Shown here piece after piece: positions 1 through 14,716 of a stretch of 64,000 nucleotides of DNA. Each line of letters begins with the position of its first letter. Within the stretch, counting starts at the first letter, position 1. A program made the position numbers and the translations under genes. Below the pieces are notes generated by a model that had not been told where the DNA came from, made no database searches, and was given only the letters and a program-made list of their open reading frames with translations. The stretch is taken from NCBI RefSeq assembly GCF_009914755.1, contig NC_060926.1; one strand, written 5' to 3'. This DNA comes from the human T2T-CHM13v2.0 reference genome, Homo sapiens.

Positions 1-74
1 TAGGATGTCCGGCACATCCTCGGGCCTTCTCAGAGAAATAAGGTGCTGTGAGGCGTGTTAGAACCATACCCATC

Positions 75-500
75 TTCCTGAGCATGGTCCCAGGCTGGGG
101 CCACAATGAGGAACAAGGAGTCCCTGCCCTTGGGGAGTCCCAGTTCAGTGGGGATAAAAATCAATTACAGTACAATTCTGTACACAAAGGGAAAAAAGTC
201 TCCACAGTGCTGAGGCAGCCCCAGAGAAGAAGAGATCAATGCTGTTTGGGAATGGAAACTCACTCATAATGTGCAGGAAGGGAGGTCAGGAGTAAATGAC
301 ACCTACCTTGGGTTTTAAAGAATGAATAAGGGTTAGGCAAGCCAGTGCAGGATGGAAGGGAATTTGAGGCAGGAGAAACGGCATATGCAAAGACATGAAA
401 AGCAGCATGCGCAGGAAGATACAAACAGGGAGATAATGCTGGGAGCTTCAAGTACCAGGGAGGGAAAGTGAGAGATGGGGCAGAGGAGGTGGGTGGGAGT
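75..500 (-). mobile_element. L2 LINE fragment
   Basis: Degenerate match to reverse L2 3' region (gaacaaggagtccctgcccttggggagtcccagttcagtgggg...). Confidence 0.6.
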
Positions 501-687
501 GACAACACAAAAAATGGTAAATGGAGCCCAGAGGGATCTAGAATTTACCTGTTACCTTCATTCAATTTACAATCACTTATTAAGCTCCTTCTATATGCGA
601 GATATTTTTCTTCGAATTCTCCCAGCAATCCTTATTCCCCCTTGTCACTAAGGAATGGGCACACCTTGGACACCACATGTCATCTGG

Positions 688-830
688 ACCCACTTTATAG
701 AAGGGGAAACTGCAGCTCAGACTAGGTAAATGTGGTATCTGAGAGCTCCCAGTTGGTTAATGGCAGAACCAAGACTTGAATCCAGATCTCTCAATTTCCC
801 AGTCCTGGCTCTGGTTCCAGACCCTTGCAC
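688..830 (-). mobile_element. MIR SINE
   Basis: cccactttatagaaggggaaactgcagctcag...tggcagaaccaagacttgaatccag matches reverse MIR core. Confidence 0.7.
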
Positions 831-1659
831 TATGTGGTAAAGCAGGCCCTTCAGAACTGAAACCATTTCTTATTTATTGAGACCTGAAGTGGTATGTGAA
901 ATGATACTCAGGTCAAAGGAATCCAGGATCTCTTTTGAAGCTCTGAAAATCAAAGAGACTCATGATTTGGTAAAGAGACTTCCATCACACGTGCATAAGC
1001 AGAATTCTCTGCTTGAAAAAAAAGATGGGTTTGGGGGCTTGTAAGCACCTCCCTTTATGTTCCTGTGGTTGCCCACTTCTGAGGCTGGCTTGTCAGTTGC
1101 TCAATAGTGGTTCCAGTTTGCAAACGGTTCACCTTCAGGGTATTGATCCCTCTCTAGTTCTCTCATTGATGTCCCTGTCATTGAGTGAGCTGTTTCAGCA
1201 GTACTCCTGTTCTTTTTCAAAGTCACCTTCAGATGCCACTGATTCCATCAGCATTCTTTGCGAGCTGCGGCCTTATTGGTTTGCAAGGACGGCAAATATT
1301 GGGAGTTTGGAAACAGCATGCTCCTGGCTTTCCCGGGGAGGGCTGGGCCCTGCAACCAGGTGGGCTTTGCTGAGACAGGAATGAGTGGCAGAAAATGACT
1401 GATTGTCTCTGGGTTACAGCCTCAACCGCTAGGGATCCCTTGGCTTTTTGGGTGCAAGTCCTCCCTGCAGGACATACAGACTGCATCTTTCTGCCTCCCT
1501 ACCCCACCCCGTACCCGCTGAGTGCTATCTTCATAACCGGGAGGCTGAGCTGGAAGTCAGCAGGCAGCCCCTCTGGCCAGGCAGTGCAGGATGCGATGTT
1601 CCAAACCACACCCAGATCTGCACCCTGAGGCCCCTCGTTGTGTGGGGTAGTGGGCAATG

Positions 1660-1753
1660 CCCAGGTCTGGTGTCAGACAGGCAAGGTTCACACCTCAATG
1701 CTGCCATTTCCAGTTATGTGACCTTGGGAAGGTTACCTGCTTTTCCTGAGCCT
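1660..1753 (+). mobile_element. MIR fragment
   Basis: ctgccatttccagttatgtgaccttgggaaggttacc...ctgagcct MIR core. Confidence 0.65.
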
Positions 1754-1794
1754 TTATTATTAAAAATTTATTATGAAATTTCATTTCAAAATGC

Positions 1795-1892
1795 ACTAAC
1801 ATGGTAGCCACTAAGCACACGTGGCTATTGAACGCTTGAAACGTGATGAGTCTGCATTGAGATGTGCCGCGAGTATAACACACCTGGATTTC
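1795..1892. mobile_element. MER33/MER3-like hAT-Charlie DNA transposon fragment
   Basis: atggtagccactaagcacacgtggctattgaacgcttgaaacgtg...gagatgtgc resembles MER3/MER33 consensus. Confidence 0.6.
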
Positions 1893-2129
1893 CTCCCTCC
1901 CCAGGTGCAACAGTGACCCGTGACGCAGTAGGGAGGGCTGTTTTCCATGCCCAGTGAGGCCTGCTCAGCTCCCATTAGGCCTTTATGGATGGCCTGCCTC
2001 CCAGCTGGTACCTGGTCCCGTCACAGTCCCAGGACTCTAGACCTCGAGGCAGCCAGGTGGGTGCTACAGATGGTGACCTCTCGGTGGCACAGCCTGGCGC
2101 TGCAGCAGAATGCAGGGTTGGGGGCGGGG

Positions 2130-2361
2130 TGAAGAATGGAGTCTGGATTGTGCCAAAACAGGAGTTTCTATGTCTGGTCCTGCCACCGACTGCACCTGCA
2201 TTGCTGCGTGACCTTGACAGCTACTCCTTCCACACCTGAACGTCCTCATCTGGAAACTGGACTTGCCTCCTAGGGTTCCTGCAAATATAAAATGAGCTAA
2301 TGCCTTTGAGGTGTTTGCTATTGTCCTGGCACTTGGCAAACACATGATAAATATTAGCAAT
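2130..2361 (+). mobile_element. MIR SINE
   Basis: gtgaccttg...cctcatctggaaactgg...aatgagctaat...cctggcacttggcaaacacatgataaatattagc. Confidence 0.7.
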
Positions 2362-2659
2362 CACTTGCGAGGGGGTGTGGGGTTCGGGGGAGCTTTGCCC
2401 CTCCTCCCCCTCTCCAGGGCTGAGCAGCAGTGAAGAGCTTTCTGCATAAGAGAGAGCAAGAGAGATAAATAAACCCACATCTTCCTCTGAAAGAGGCTCC
2501 TGCTGGCTGGCTGCTCACCTGACCAAGTCTCCCTCCCAGCCTGTCTTCACTCTTTGGTCCACCCTCAAGGGAACCAGGTCACACAGCCTCAGCACTTCCT
2601 GCATGCCAGTCTCTAGCTGGTGCCTTCCACTGGCTGAACCCCATAAGAAACTAGAGGGC

Positions 2660-3550
<891 letters not shown>

Positions 3551-4044
3551 CTTTTACTGACACTGCTGCAGATGAAGTAACAAGGCAAAACTATGTTTGC
3601 CATTAGCTCTCAGGGAAATGCAAATGAAACCTACAATGAGACACCACTTCACACCCACTAGGATGCATCAAAAGACAGCTACATATCAAAAAGACAGATC
3701 ATAATGTGTTGATGAGGATGTGGAGGCACTGGAGCCCTTGTGTGCTGCTGGTGAGAATGTTAACTGGGGCAGACACTTAACAGTGGCTGGAAAATTGTCT
3801 AGCAGTTCCTCAAAAGGCTAAACAGAGTTACCACATGACCCTGCCATTCCACCGCTGCATATATTTCCAAGAGAAATGAAAACATATGTACACACAAAAA
3901 CTTGCACACAAATGCTCATAGCAGCATCCATAATGCATTCCAGATAAACAAGATCGACAGGATGGAATGCTATTAGACAACAAAGGAAATAAAATGCAAC
4001 ATGCATAAACCTTGAAGACATTATGCTACACGAAAAAAGTCAGT

Positions 4045-4734
4045 GGGCAAAGGGCTAATATCCAGAATCTACAAATAAACAAATGTGCAAGAAAAAAATC
4101 AAACAACCCCATCAAAAAGTGGGCAAAGGATATGGGCAGACACTTCTCAAAAGAAGACATTTATGCAGCCAACAGACACATGAAAAAATGCTCATCATCA
4201 CTGGCCATCAGAGAGGTGCAAGTCAAAACCACAATGAGATACCATCTCACACCAGTTAGAATGGCAAACATTAAAAAGTCAGGAAACAACAGGTGCTGGA
4301 GAGGATGTGGAGAAATAGGAACACTTTTACACTGTTGGTGGGACTGTAAACTAGTTCAACCATTGTGGAAGACAGTGTGGCGATTCCTCAAGGATCTAGA
4401 ACTAGAAATACCATTTGACCCAGCCATCCCATTACTGGGTACATACCCAGAGGATTATAAATCATGCTGCTATAAAGACACATACACTTGTATGTTTATT
4501 GCGGCACTATTCACAATAGCGAAGACTTGGAACCAAACCAAATGTCCATCAATGATAGACTGGATTAAGAAAATGTGTCTCATATACACCATGGAACACT
4601 ATGCAGCCATAAAAAGGGGTGAGTTCATGTTCTTTGTAGGGACATGGATGAAGCTGGAAATCATCATCTTGACCAAACTGTCGCAAGGACAGAAAACCAA
4701 ACACCGCATGTTCTCACTCATAGGTGGGAATTGA
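4045..4734 (+). pseudogene. L1 ORF2p C-terminal fragment with cysteine-rich domain, open frame
   Basis: Translation contains [38 protein letters not shown] and ends [10 protein letters not shown]. Confidence 0.92.
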
Positions 4735-4957
4735 ACAATGAGAACATCTGGACACAGTGGGGAACATCACATACCAGGGCCTGTTGTGGGGTCGGGGGAG
4801 CGGGGAGGGATAGCATTAGGAGATATACCTAATGTAAATGATGACTTAATGGGTGCAGCACACCAACATGGCACGTGTATATATATGTAACAAACCTGCA
4901 CATTGTGCACATGTACCCTAGAACTTAAAGTATAATCAAAAAAAAAAAAAAAGAAAA
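4045..4957 (+). mobile_element. 5'-truncated L1PA (ORF2 end, 3' UTR, poly-A)
   Basis: Close match to primate L1 3' end (...cacatgtaccctagaacttaaagtataat, then poly-A); 13-bp TSD gaaaaaagtcagt at 4032-4044 and 4958-4970. Confidence 0.97.
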
Positions 4958-4999
4958 GAAAAAAGTCAGTAGGAAAAGGCCACACATTGTATGTGTGAC

Positions 5000-5237
5000 C
5001 TGCCTACTTCCCTCTCCCTGATGCTTCCTCTCTGGTCAGTTCCTCTCTTTGGGTTCTGGTCATTATTTTTTTCCCTTTGTCCCTCAGGACTAGGGGTGGT
5101 AACTGCTCCTTCTGTTTCTTACCCCAGGGAACTGCATCCATTACTGATTGCCATAAACATTTTCCTCCGCTTCGTGAATAGTTCTTGATTAAACTTTCCT
5201 CCTGTTTCCCAACTTGTGCATCTGTATCTTGATGCAG
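5000..5237 (+). mobile_element. LTR33-like ERVL LTR fragment
   Basis: ccctttgtccctcaggactaggggtggtaactgct...gaatagttcttgattaaactttcct. Confidence 0.6.
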
Positions 5238-5248
5238 TGCCTTACTCT

Positions 5249-5620
5249 CCACCCATCCATCCATCCATCCATTCATCCATCCTTCCATCATCCATCCACC
5301 CATCCACCCATCCACCCATCCACCTATTCATCCATCCACTCATCCATCTAACCATCCATCCATCCATCCATCCATCCATCCATCCATCCATTCATCCATC
5401 CATCCACCCATCCACCTATTCATCCATCTACTCATCCATCTATCCATCCATCTATCCAACCTCACACCATGCATACCCCCATCCATCCATCCACCCAATC
5501 ACCCATCCACCTATTCATCCATTCACTCATCGACCTATCTATCCATCCATCCATCCATCCTTCCACCCTCCAACTAGTGCCCCATCCATCCATGCACCCA
5601 TCCATTCACTCTTTCATTCA
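5249..5620. repeat. (CCAT)n degenerate microsatellite
   Basis: ~370 bp of ccat/tcat/ccac units. Confidence 0.97.
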
Positions 5621-5649
5621 GGAGCACAGTGCAGAGTTCATTCTGGATG

Positions 5650-5790
5650 CTCAGTATATTCAGCAAACACTGAGTCCGTACTGCTCAGCAGGTGGCCAGT
5701 GCTAGGCCCTATGCCAGGAATATAGGTAATTAAACACAGCCTCTGTTCTCCAGAAGTTGGTGATACAGTCTAGGGATAAAAATAAAATAT
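5650..5790 (-). mobile_element. L2 fragment
   Basis: attcagcaaacactgag...gtgctaggccct...aaacacagcctctgttctccagaag. Confidence 0.45.
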
Positions 5791-5857
5791 ACATATCTCG
5801 TGTCCTGTCTAGTGAGCCAAAAAAAAAAAGAAGGAAAAGAAAAGAAAAGAAAAAGCC

Positions 5858-5899
5858 TTAGCAATTACTTAGCAAGATTAGCAATTACTTAGCAAGATT
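5858..5899. repeat. Perfect 20-bp tandem duplication
   Basis: ttagcaattacttagcaaga x2 (5858-5877, 5878-5897). Confidence 0.95.
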
Positions 5900-6004
5900 T
5901 GGAGACTTAGAGGGTACATTATGGGTTCTATTATTTTTAAGTTTTGAAGCAGTTTGGGAGCGTATGATGCTTCACCCTCCACAGGCTCCAAAAACCACCA
6001 AGAA

Positions 6005-6112
6005 CTGAGCCTGCTATGAGCTGTCACTAGGTAGGGACCTAGCCTACTATTCTTGTATATCTGGGGCCCAGCACATAGTAGGTGCTCTGGGAAGTCAGCA
6101 GAATTTAATGAA
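6005..6112 (+). mobile_element. L2 3' end
   Basis: ggtagggacc...cccagcacatagtaggtgctc...gaatttaatgaa. Confidence 0.55.
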
Positions 6113-6879
6113 CTCTGACTTGAAGACAAGGCTCTACGAAAACAGAGATGTAGGGAACAGTCTGTATTCAAAATGTTATAGTAACAAGCAGTCAGCCAGA
6201 CTGCATGGTGGAAAGACTGCTCCGCCTCTCTCTCTTCTCCATCTCTATGGTGACTGTTAACGGAACTGGTCAAGGTCGAACATGGTCAACCAAGCAGCAA
6301 TATCCCAGGGACTCCGGCAGCTGCAGCTTAGGTTTATACCACTGCTTGGAGGTCTTCTGTATTTCAGATTATGAATATTTGTGCATTATATGAGAGTCTT
6401 TTTTGTTATTGCACAAATATGATAAAGTCATTAAATACATTTTTAAGAAAGAAAAATAAACCATCCCTTTGCCATTGGACTGATTGAATGTTTGCATTTC
6501 CCTTCCAGCCTTTGTCTATTTCCATATGCATTTCATCCTCCTCCGTGGTAACACAGTGAACCTATAATTTTGTATTCTGCTTATGATGCCTTTTTAAAAA
6601 AGCATTGTTCTTTCATGGAGATTCCGTGCTTGGGGCCAATCTTTGTTGGCCCATCAGTTTTCCTCTTAGGAGCACGTGGTGGAAAAGACAATGGGAGATG
6701 CTTTCATTGCTTCTATTGGGTGTCTGTGAACTGCTTTGTTTCTACAGACTAAGGAGTTAGCGTAAGAACAGAACAGAACAGACTTTTCATACAGATTATT
6801 CGTATTGTTATCTCAATGGGGTGTTTTATTTGTATGGGAGGAAACCTCCCATATAAATCAAGTGGACACAGCATGGATG

Positions 6880-7035
6880 TTAGCCTGAACAACCAGGAGT
6901 TTTATTCTGAGATAGTCACTAGCTGTGTGACCTTGGGCCGCTAACCTAAATCTCTGGTCGTCAGTTTCTATCTCTGAAAGTAAGAACAACACCTATGTAC
7001 TAGGACTGGGGAGAGGAGAGAATGATGTGAGATAG
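6880..7035 (+). mobile_element. MIR
   Basis: cactagctgtgtgaccttgggccgctaacctaaatctctgg...tcagtttctatctctgaaag. Confidence 0.7.
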
Positions 7036-7094
7036 AGATTGCGTTGTGTGTGTGTGACTCTATAGAACTATAGTTCTCTGAATGATACTGAGAT

Positions 7095-7215
7095 TAACCT
7101 TGGGCAAGCCTCTCTGATCCTTTGCTTATATATACGTGAAATGAGAAGATAAAGGTCCCAGTGAGACTGAATGAGATCATGAGTACGAAAGTGTCCTGTT
7201 AGTGAAAATGCACCT
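7095..7215 (+). mobile_element. MIR fragment
   Basis: accttgggcaagcctctctg...gtgagactgaatgagatcat. Confidence 0.5.
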
Positions 7216-7829
7216 GGTCATCATTCCACTACATCTTCCTGTCTGTTTTCTCTTGGCCCTAGAAAGTGCTGTGGAAGCTTGGGGGTGAGTTCTGAAGTGT
7301 GTACACAACTGGAACCAGAGCAGCCACTGACTGCCTTGGGCCAGCAGCTTCTGGAGCCCAAACTTGGACCTCTGCATCCCTCCTGGGGCCCCAGCTCTAA
7401 GTACTGGGGTACGGTGCTGAATGGGGCGGGGAGGCTGTCAGCTTTCCTAGCTGCCTCTGTGTGCTGTGCTCTCTCCAGGGCCCAGTTCTCCAGGAGAAGG
7501 AGCAGGAGCAGGTATGCTGAGGACTCCATGAGAGCCAGCCTTTTGAATAGCAGCAAGTTTGTGGGGGCATCTGGGGACAGGGTCTGGGACAGCCCAGTCC
7601 AGCCCAGCCCAGGCAGGGGAGACGGCAACAGCAGCAACTCTGCTAGAAGTGACATGCAGATGTTGGCTGAAAGCCATCTACCCTCCCTCCTTCCTTTTCT
7701 TTCATCTTCCCTTTCTTTCCCACTCTCCCTCCTGTCTTCTCTACTCCACTTCTCTCCTTTCTTCCACAGTGCTATGGCTGCCTACGTGATGCCAAGCACC
7801 ATGCAGTATTAGCAGCCACAGGCTGCTTA

Positions 7830-8605
<776 letters not shown>

Positions 8606-9061
8606 CTGAGAGTGGAAGAAGATGAAGTGTGACTCAGCTATTCAACCACGCCACAACCCCAAGCATCTTTAGTTTTTGTTCTGATTTTTATCTTCAGTAG
8701 CTGACTGACTGGGCATGAGTAATTCCAACTCCCCGGGCCGGGTGCACTTCACAGGCATGTTTCAGAATAAAATAGAACCTATGGCTCCAGCCCACCTTGA
8801 CTGTGGTCACCAAAGATGCTTACCCTGACCCTGGGGTAAGAAATGAGCCCTTGGAGGGTCCTGGGTGTGCCCAGCCCCCACTGATGTGACTGGCAGCCCC
8901 CACCACAGTCTGCAGCCCCAGGCAGGGAAGCCTCCCCCTCCAAAGTTCTAGAGGGTTTTTAAAAATGTTTAAAGACATTTACAGCAAAACAAAATCAATT
9001 ATCAAGTTTTGAGTCACCTCTCTTGCAAATAGAAACTTTTCTGTAAGAACTGCTTCTACTA

Positions 9062-9388
9062 GGCTGGGTGTGGTGGCTCATGCCTGTAATCCCAGCACTT
9101 TAGGAGGCTGAGGTGGGCAGATCATGAAGTCAGGAGTTCGAGACCAGCCTGGCCAACATAGTGAAATCCTGTCTCTGCTAAAAATATAAAAAATTAGCTG
9201 GTCGTGGTGGCGTGCGCTTATAGTCCCATCTACTCAGGAGGCTGAGGCAGGAGAATCGCTTGAACCCGGAGGCGGAGGTTGCAGTGGGCCGAGATTGCAC
9301 CATTGCACTCCAGCCTGGGCGACAGTGTGAGACTCTGTCTCCAAAAAAAAAAAAAAAAAAAAAAAACAAAGAACAAGAAACAAAACAA
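9062..9388 (+). mobile_element. Alu (AluS-type)
   Basis: Full Alu; TSD aagaa(c/cc)gcttctact-like on both sides (aagaactgcttctact / aagaaccgcttctact). Confidence 0.97.
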
Positions 9389-9697
9389 AAGAACCGCTTC
9401 TACTGGGAAAGAAAACCAGAGAGAAAACCATTTATAGATTATCTCAGATTTACAAGTGAGAACCACAGGCCTGACCCCAGTTCACCTATGCCAGGGCTGA
9501 GTCTACACAGTCAACAGCCTCAGGATGCAGGGATGAGTCACTGTGAAACAAAGACTCATCCCCCATCTAACGGAGCCCTTTCCCTGCTGTGCTCAGCCTG
9601 CACGGAATCTGCTTCTAGACAACCCAGACAGCCAGAAGCCAATGCATCTGACTGAGAGGAGTGGATAATAACTTCCCTTTTTAAAAACTTTCTTATT

Positions 9698-9980
9698 GGC
9701 TGCGCACGGTGGCTCACGCCTGTAATCCCAGCACTTCAGGAGGTCGAGATCGGCAGATAGACTTGAGGTCGGGAGTTTGAGACCATCCTGGCCAACATGG
9801 CGAAACCCCATCTCTGCTAAAAATACAAAAATTAGCTGCGTGTGGTGGTGGACGCCTGTAGTCCCAGCTACTTGGGGTGCTGAGGCACGAAAATCACTTG
9901 AGCCTGGGAGGCAGAGGTTGCAGTGAGCCTAGAAGACAGAGCAAGACTCCATCTCAAAACAAAAACCAAATAAACAAAAC
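9698..9980 (+). mobile_element. Alu with right-arm deletion
   Basis: Alu body, A-rich tail, ctttcttattg flanks both ends. Confidence 0.95.
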
Positions 9981-10094
9981 ACCTTTCTTATTGAGGGGTA
10001 GCACATCTGCCACCAAGCATGCTTCTGATGGTCCCTCTAGAAGTCTCTTCCCCGGTATCTGGATTTGAGTGGGGCGACAAAAAGGCTGAACATG

Positions 10095-10252
10095 ACTGGA
10101 GCCTATGCTATGGCTTCTGTCCCCTAAGTCCCCAGAGCTCCTCTGGTGTCTGTCCTCTCTGAAGCTTGGTTCTTCAGCTTTTCCATTAGGACTGTGAGTT
10201 CTCTCACATCCGGAGGTCGCTTCTGTTGTTTACAATCAAAGAACCTTGACAA
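10095..10252 (+). mobile_element. MLT1-family LTR 3' fragment
   Basis: ggttcttcagcttttcc...ctgtgag...ttctgttgtttacaatcaaagaaccttgac. Confidence 0.5.
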
Positions 10253-11174
10253 AGAGAAAGTGCCTACTTGGTCTCCGTAGCTCCAGGGCCAGTGTGTGGC
10301 CTGACACACAGTCAAGTTCAAAAATGTTTAACTAAGTTGAACTGTGATGACTCCCCCCCCTTTCAGTCTGGGGATCAGAGACAGAGTTGCCTGGGTGTCC
10401 TTGATGGAAGAAGCTCTTCCTGATCACTTTGGCTCGAACGGCACTTGCAGGAGAACCTGCTCAGTGCCCTTGGCCCCAGGCCGGGGGTACCACATGACTC
10501 TGTGCAAAGCTTTGCAGAAACTAATGGGACCCTAACCCCATCTTGAGAGCTTGCTTCCTCCTTCCTGTTAGGCATGAGCCCGATGCCAAGGCCCTGTGGA
10601 ATTCTGACCTAACTTTCCCACTTCCAGCCTTCCCAAAACAAAGTTTCTACTTCTCTCCTGCCTCTCTGTTCAACCCCTAACCACCCAATTCTGCTTCTTC
10701 TAGGAGTTCTCAAAACACTAATAACAGTATTTAAGTGTATTAGCTGACTGAACGTACAGGAATGTTAAGAATCAGAAATCAAATTGGATTTTATAAAAAT
10801 GAGGGTTTAGAAGGAAGGTTTTAATACAGGCGATTAAGCTGTAGGCTCCAGAATGGGGGAAGGTGTGAAGCCCCACACCTTTTCTCTCTTCTCCAGTGCA
10901 GACTCCATCCAGCACTCACTGTCAATGTTACTGCCATGGAAGTTGGTTAATCACTGCTGCGAGGTGGCCTCCAGGGGTGGTGTGGCATTGTTTCTTAACT
11001 GCACGCAAGGCTTGAGGACTTAACTCCTCTTTGTCCCTCCACCTTCTGCTCACAGAGGGTAGAGATTGTCTCACTCATCTTTGAACACGCAAAAAAGCTA
11101 CTCAGTAAACGAGCAGTGGATAGATGATGCCTCCTGGAGCCTATTATTGCTTTCCTTTTTTTTCCCAAATGTAA

Positions 11175-12040
<866 letters not shown>

Positions 12041-12254
12041 CGGGGTAGCAGAGGTTTGCATGCCACACTGCCTGGGCATGCCTGGTTTCAGCATTGCTTA
12101 CATTCTGGAAATTGTGGCCCCACGTTAAGCACTGCAGCTGTTATTCTGCTTCACTGACTCATGGTTTTCTCCTGAACATCGTGTGTGTTCGTCGGGAGAG
12201 GGAGGTAATGGGGGAAGGACTAACGCTCCCAGGACAACCATTAACCAATGAAAT

Positions 12255-13040
<786 letters not shown>

Positions 13041-13835
13041 TTATTACCATACATTATACTTAATCTTCATCATTCATGTATTAAAACAGGGTGCCCACCC
13101 TTTGTCAGTAACACACACTCATTGTCTTTTCTTCTGGGTTTTCACCCTCCCACACTCCTTCCTGAGACCATCTCCCAAATAAATGACCTGCTCCCAAATC
13201 CCGGTCCCAGGCTCTTCTCTCGATGGAACCCAAGCTAAGACACCTTCCTGTGTCTAATAAATCATGGTTAGCTCCAGAGCTCAGCTGGATGCAGCTTCCT
13301 CGCTTTCTCGTTTTGGCACGTTGGCGTCTCCGGCACTGCTGTGTGCTTCCCACTGTGTTGCGTGGGCCCGGCGGGAGCCCGCTATTCCGTCAGTGGCAGT
13401 GGATCTGTGGGAGGGGCCTCTACTCGTCTTCTGTGATTTCAGCCTTACAATGCTAGGGGTCTGCCTCACACAGTCAGGGGCCTACCTCTCACGTTTCTTT
13501 GTCACCTGTTCGGGGCTGCTCCCTGCATTTATGTCTGAACCTTTCCAAAGCTGGTTGAATTCCCGCCTGCAGGTAGCGCGAGGGTCGTTCAGCAGCAGGA
13601 GGCGGGGGTCTGGCTGCCCTCATACCAAACTCGTTCCCTCTACCTCACCAGGGTCTCAATGTGTGAGTCATTTCAACTGAGGGTGTTAGGTTTTCAAGTC
13701 CACAGGATGGAATACTTAGTGTCACAGAAATAGAAGCTCATCAAAGGTGTGCTTTGCCGGACTGGGTGGCTGCTCACCAATTCATGGGAGGCTTAGCACA
13801 TCGTAATGGAAAAGCAGAGAGGGCGTGTAAGCCGG

Positions 13836-13883
13836 GTGAGTGTGTGTGAGTGTGAGTGTGTGAGTGTATGCATGTGAATGTGT
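13836..13883. repeat. (GT/GA)n simple repeat
   Basis: gtgagtgtgtgtgagtgtgagtgtgtgagtgt. Confidence 0.85.
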
Positions 13884-14074
13884 CTCCAAGACTTCTTTCC
13901 CCCTCAACTGGCAGAAATCACTGCTTGTTCTATATGCCTACTCCTTCTAATTTCTCCATCTGAGAAGCCTCCCCCATTCTGTATTCCCTCTCCCTACCCC
14001 CAGTTAGTTTCCTGCCATCCTGCAATGCCTGAAATCGAGCCTGTTGAAGTGGGAGGTAGCCTGATAAGTGAAGA

Positions 14075-14280
14075 TAGCTCGGAATTTCGAATTAGAAGAC
14101 TCGATGATTTACTGTGTGACCCTGGATCATTCACTGAGCCACTCTGGGCCCTATTTTTCTTATCTTTTAGTTGAACATAATACATATAGGTAAGTTATAA
14201 TGCTTCGACTTGACAAATCAAAAGACAGCATGCATAATGAAAAAAGAATATTGTATGTAGTAAAGCTTTGTATGAATGAG
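14075..14280 (+). mobile_element. MIR
   Basis: actgtgtgaccctggatcattcactgagccactctgggccctatttttcttatct. Confidence 0.55.
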
Positions 14281-14364
14281 AGAGAGTACTTTTCTGCCTC
14301 AGTGGAAATAGATTTTCAGTTCTCTCTTGGACAGACTTTGATAGGAATAGAAAATGAGGATTGA

Positions 14365-14600
14365 ACTAGTCTGTTTCTGTTGTCTCTGCAAACAACAGAA
14401 ACAGAAACAGACTCAGGCTAGTTGACATAGAAAAGAGATTTATTGACAGTATATTGGGTAGCCCTTAGACTTGCCAGAGGGCTGCAGAGACAGGCGTGGG
14501 AAATAAACAGGAGCTGAGAACTGGGCAATGACCACAGCCTTGGCCAGGGCCACAACACGAAGGGACACGGCTGTGACCAATTCGGAACACAGGGCAGTGG
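14365..14600 (-). mobile_element. MLT1-family LTR fragment
   Basis: tgcaaacaacagaaac...actcaggctagttga...gaaaagagatttattgacagtatattgggtagc. Confidence 0.55.
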
Positions 14601-14716
14601 GGCTTGCTGTTCCGCTGCTGCAGCCCTCTGGAACCATCCGTGGCTCCATGGTTGCCGTTCCTTTCAGGCCTGCCTGGAAGGGGCTGGGACTGTGGTGGGC
14701 CTCTAGGGTTTCCCCC

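Larger units (their letters stand above)
3600..4995 (+). mobile_element. Old L1M (L1MB/MC-like) 3' fragment interrupted by an L1PA
   Basis: cagggaaatgcaaatgaaacctacaatgagacaccacttcacacccactaggatg... to 4044, resumes at 4971 (aaaggccacacattgtatg). Confidence 0.8.

Noticed and set aside
5216-5725. 169-aa His/Pro/Ser/Ile-rich ORF and the opposite-strand Trp/Met-rich ORF
   Set aside because: Simple translation of the (CCAT)n microsatellite.
7279-7812. 177-aa ORF with an RS-like stretch
   Set aside because: Non-ATG start, low-complexity tail, no recognisable domain; overlapping ORFs on both strands are typical of GC-rich non-coding DNA.
10960-10985. CTCF-like motif tggcctccaggggtggtg (also 13590-13606)
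   Set aside because: Mismatches in the GGCGC/GGCAG core; not supportable without ChIP data.
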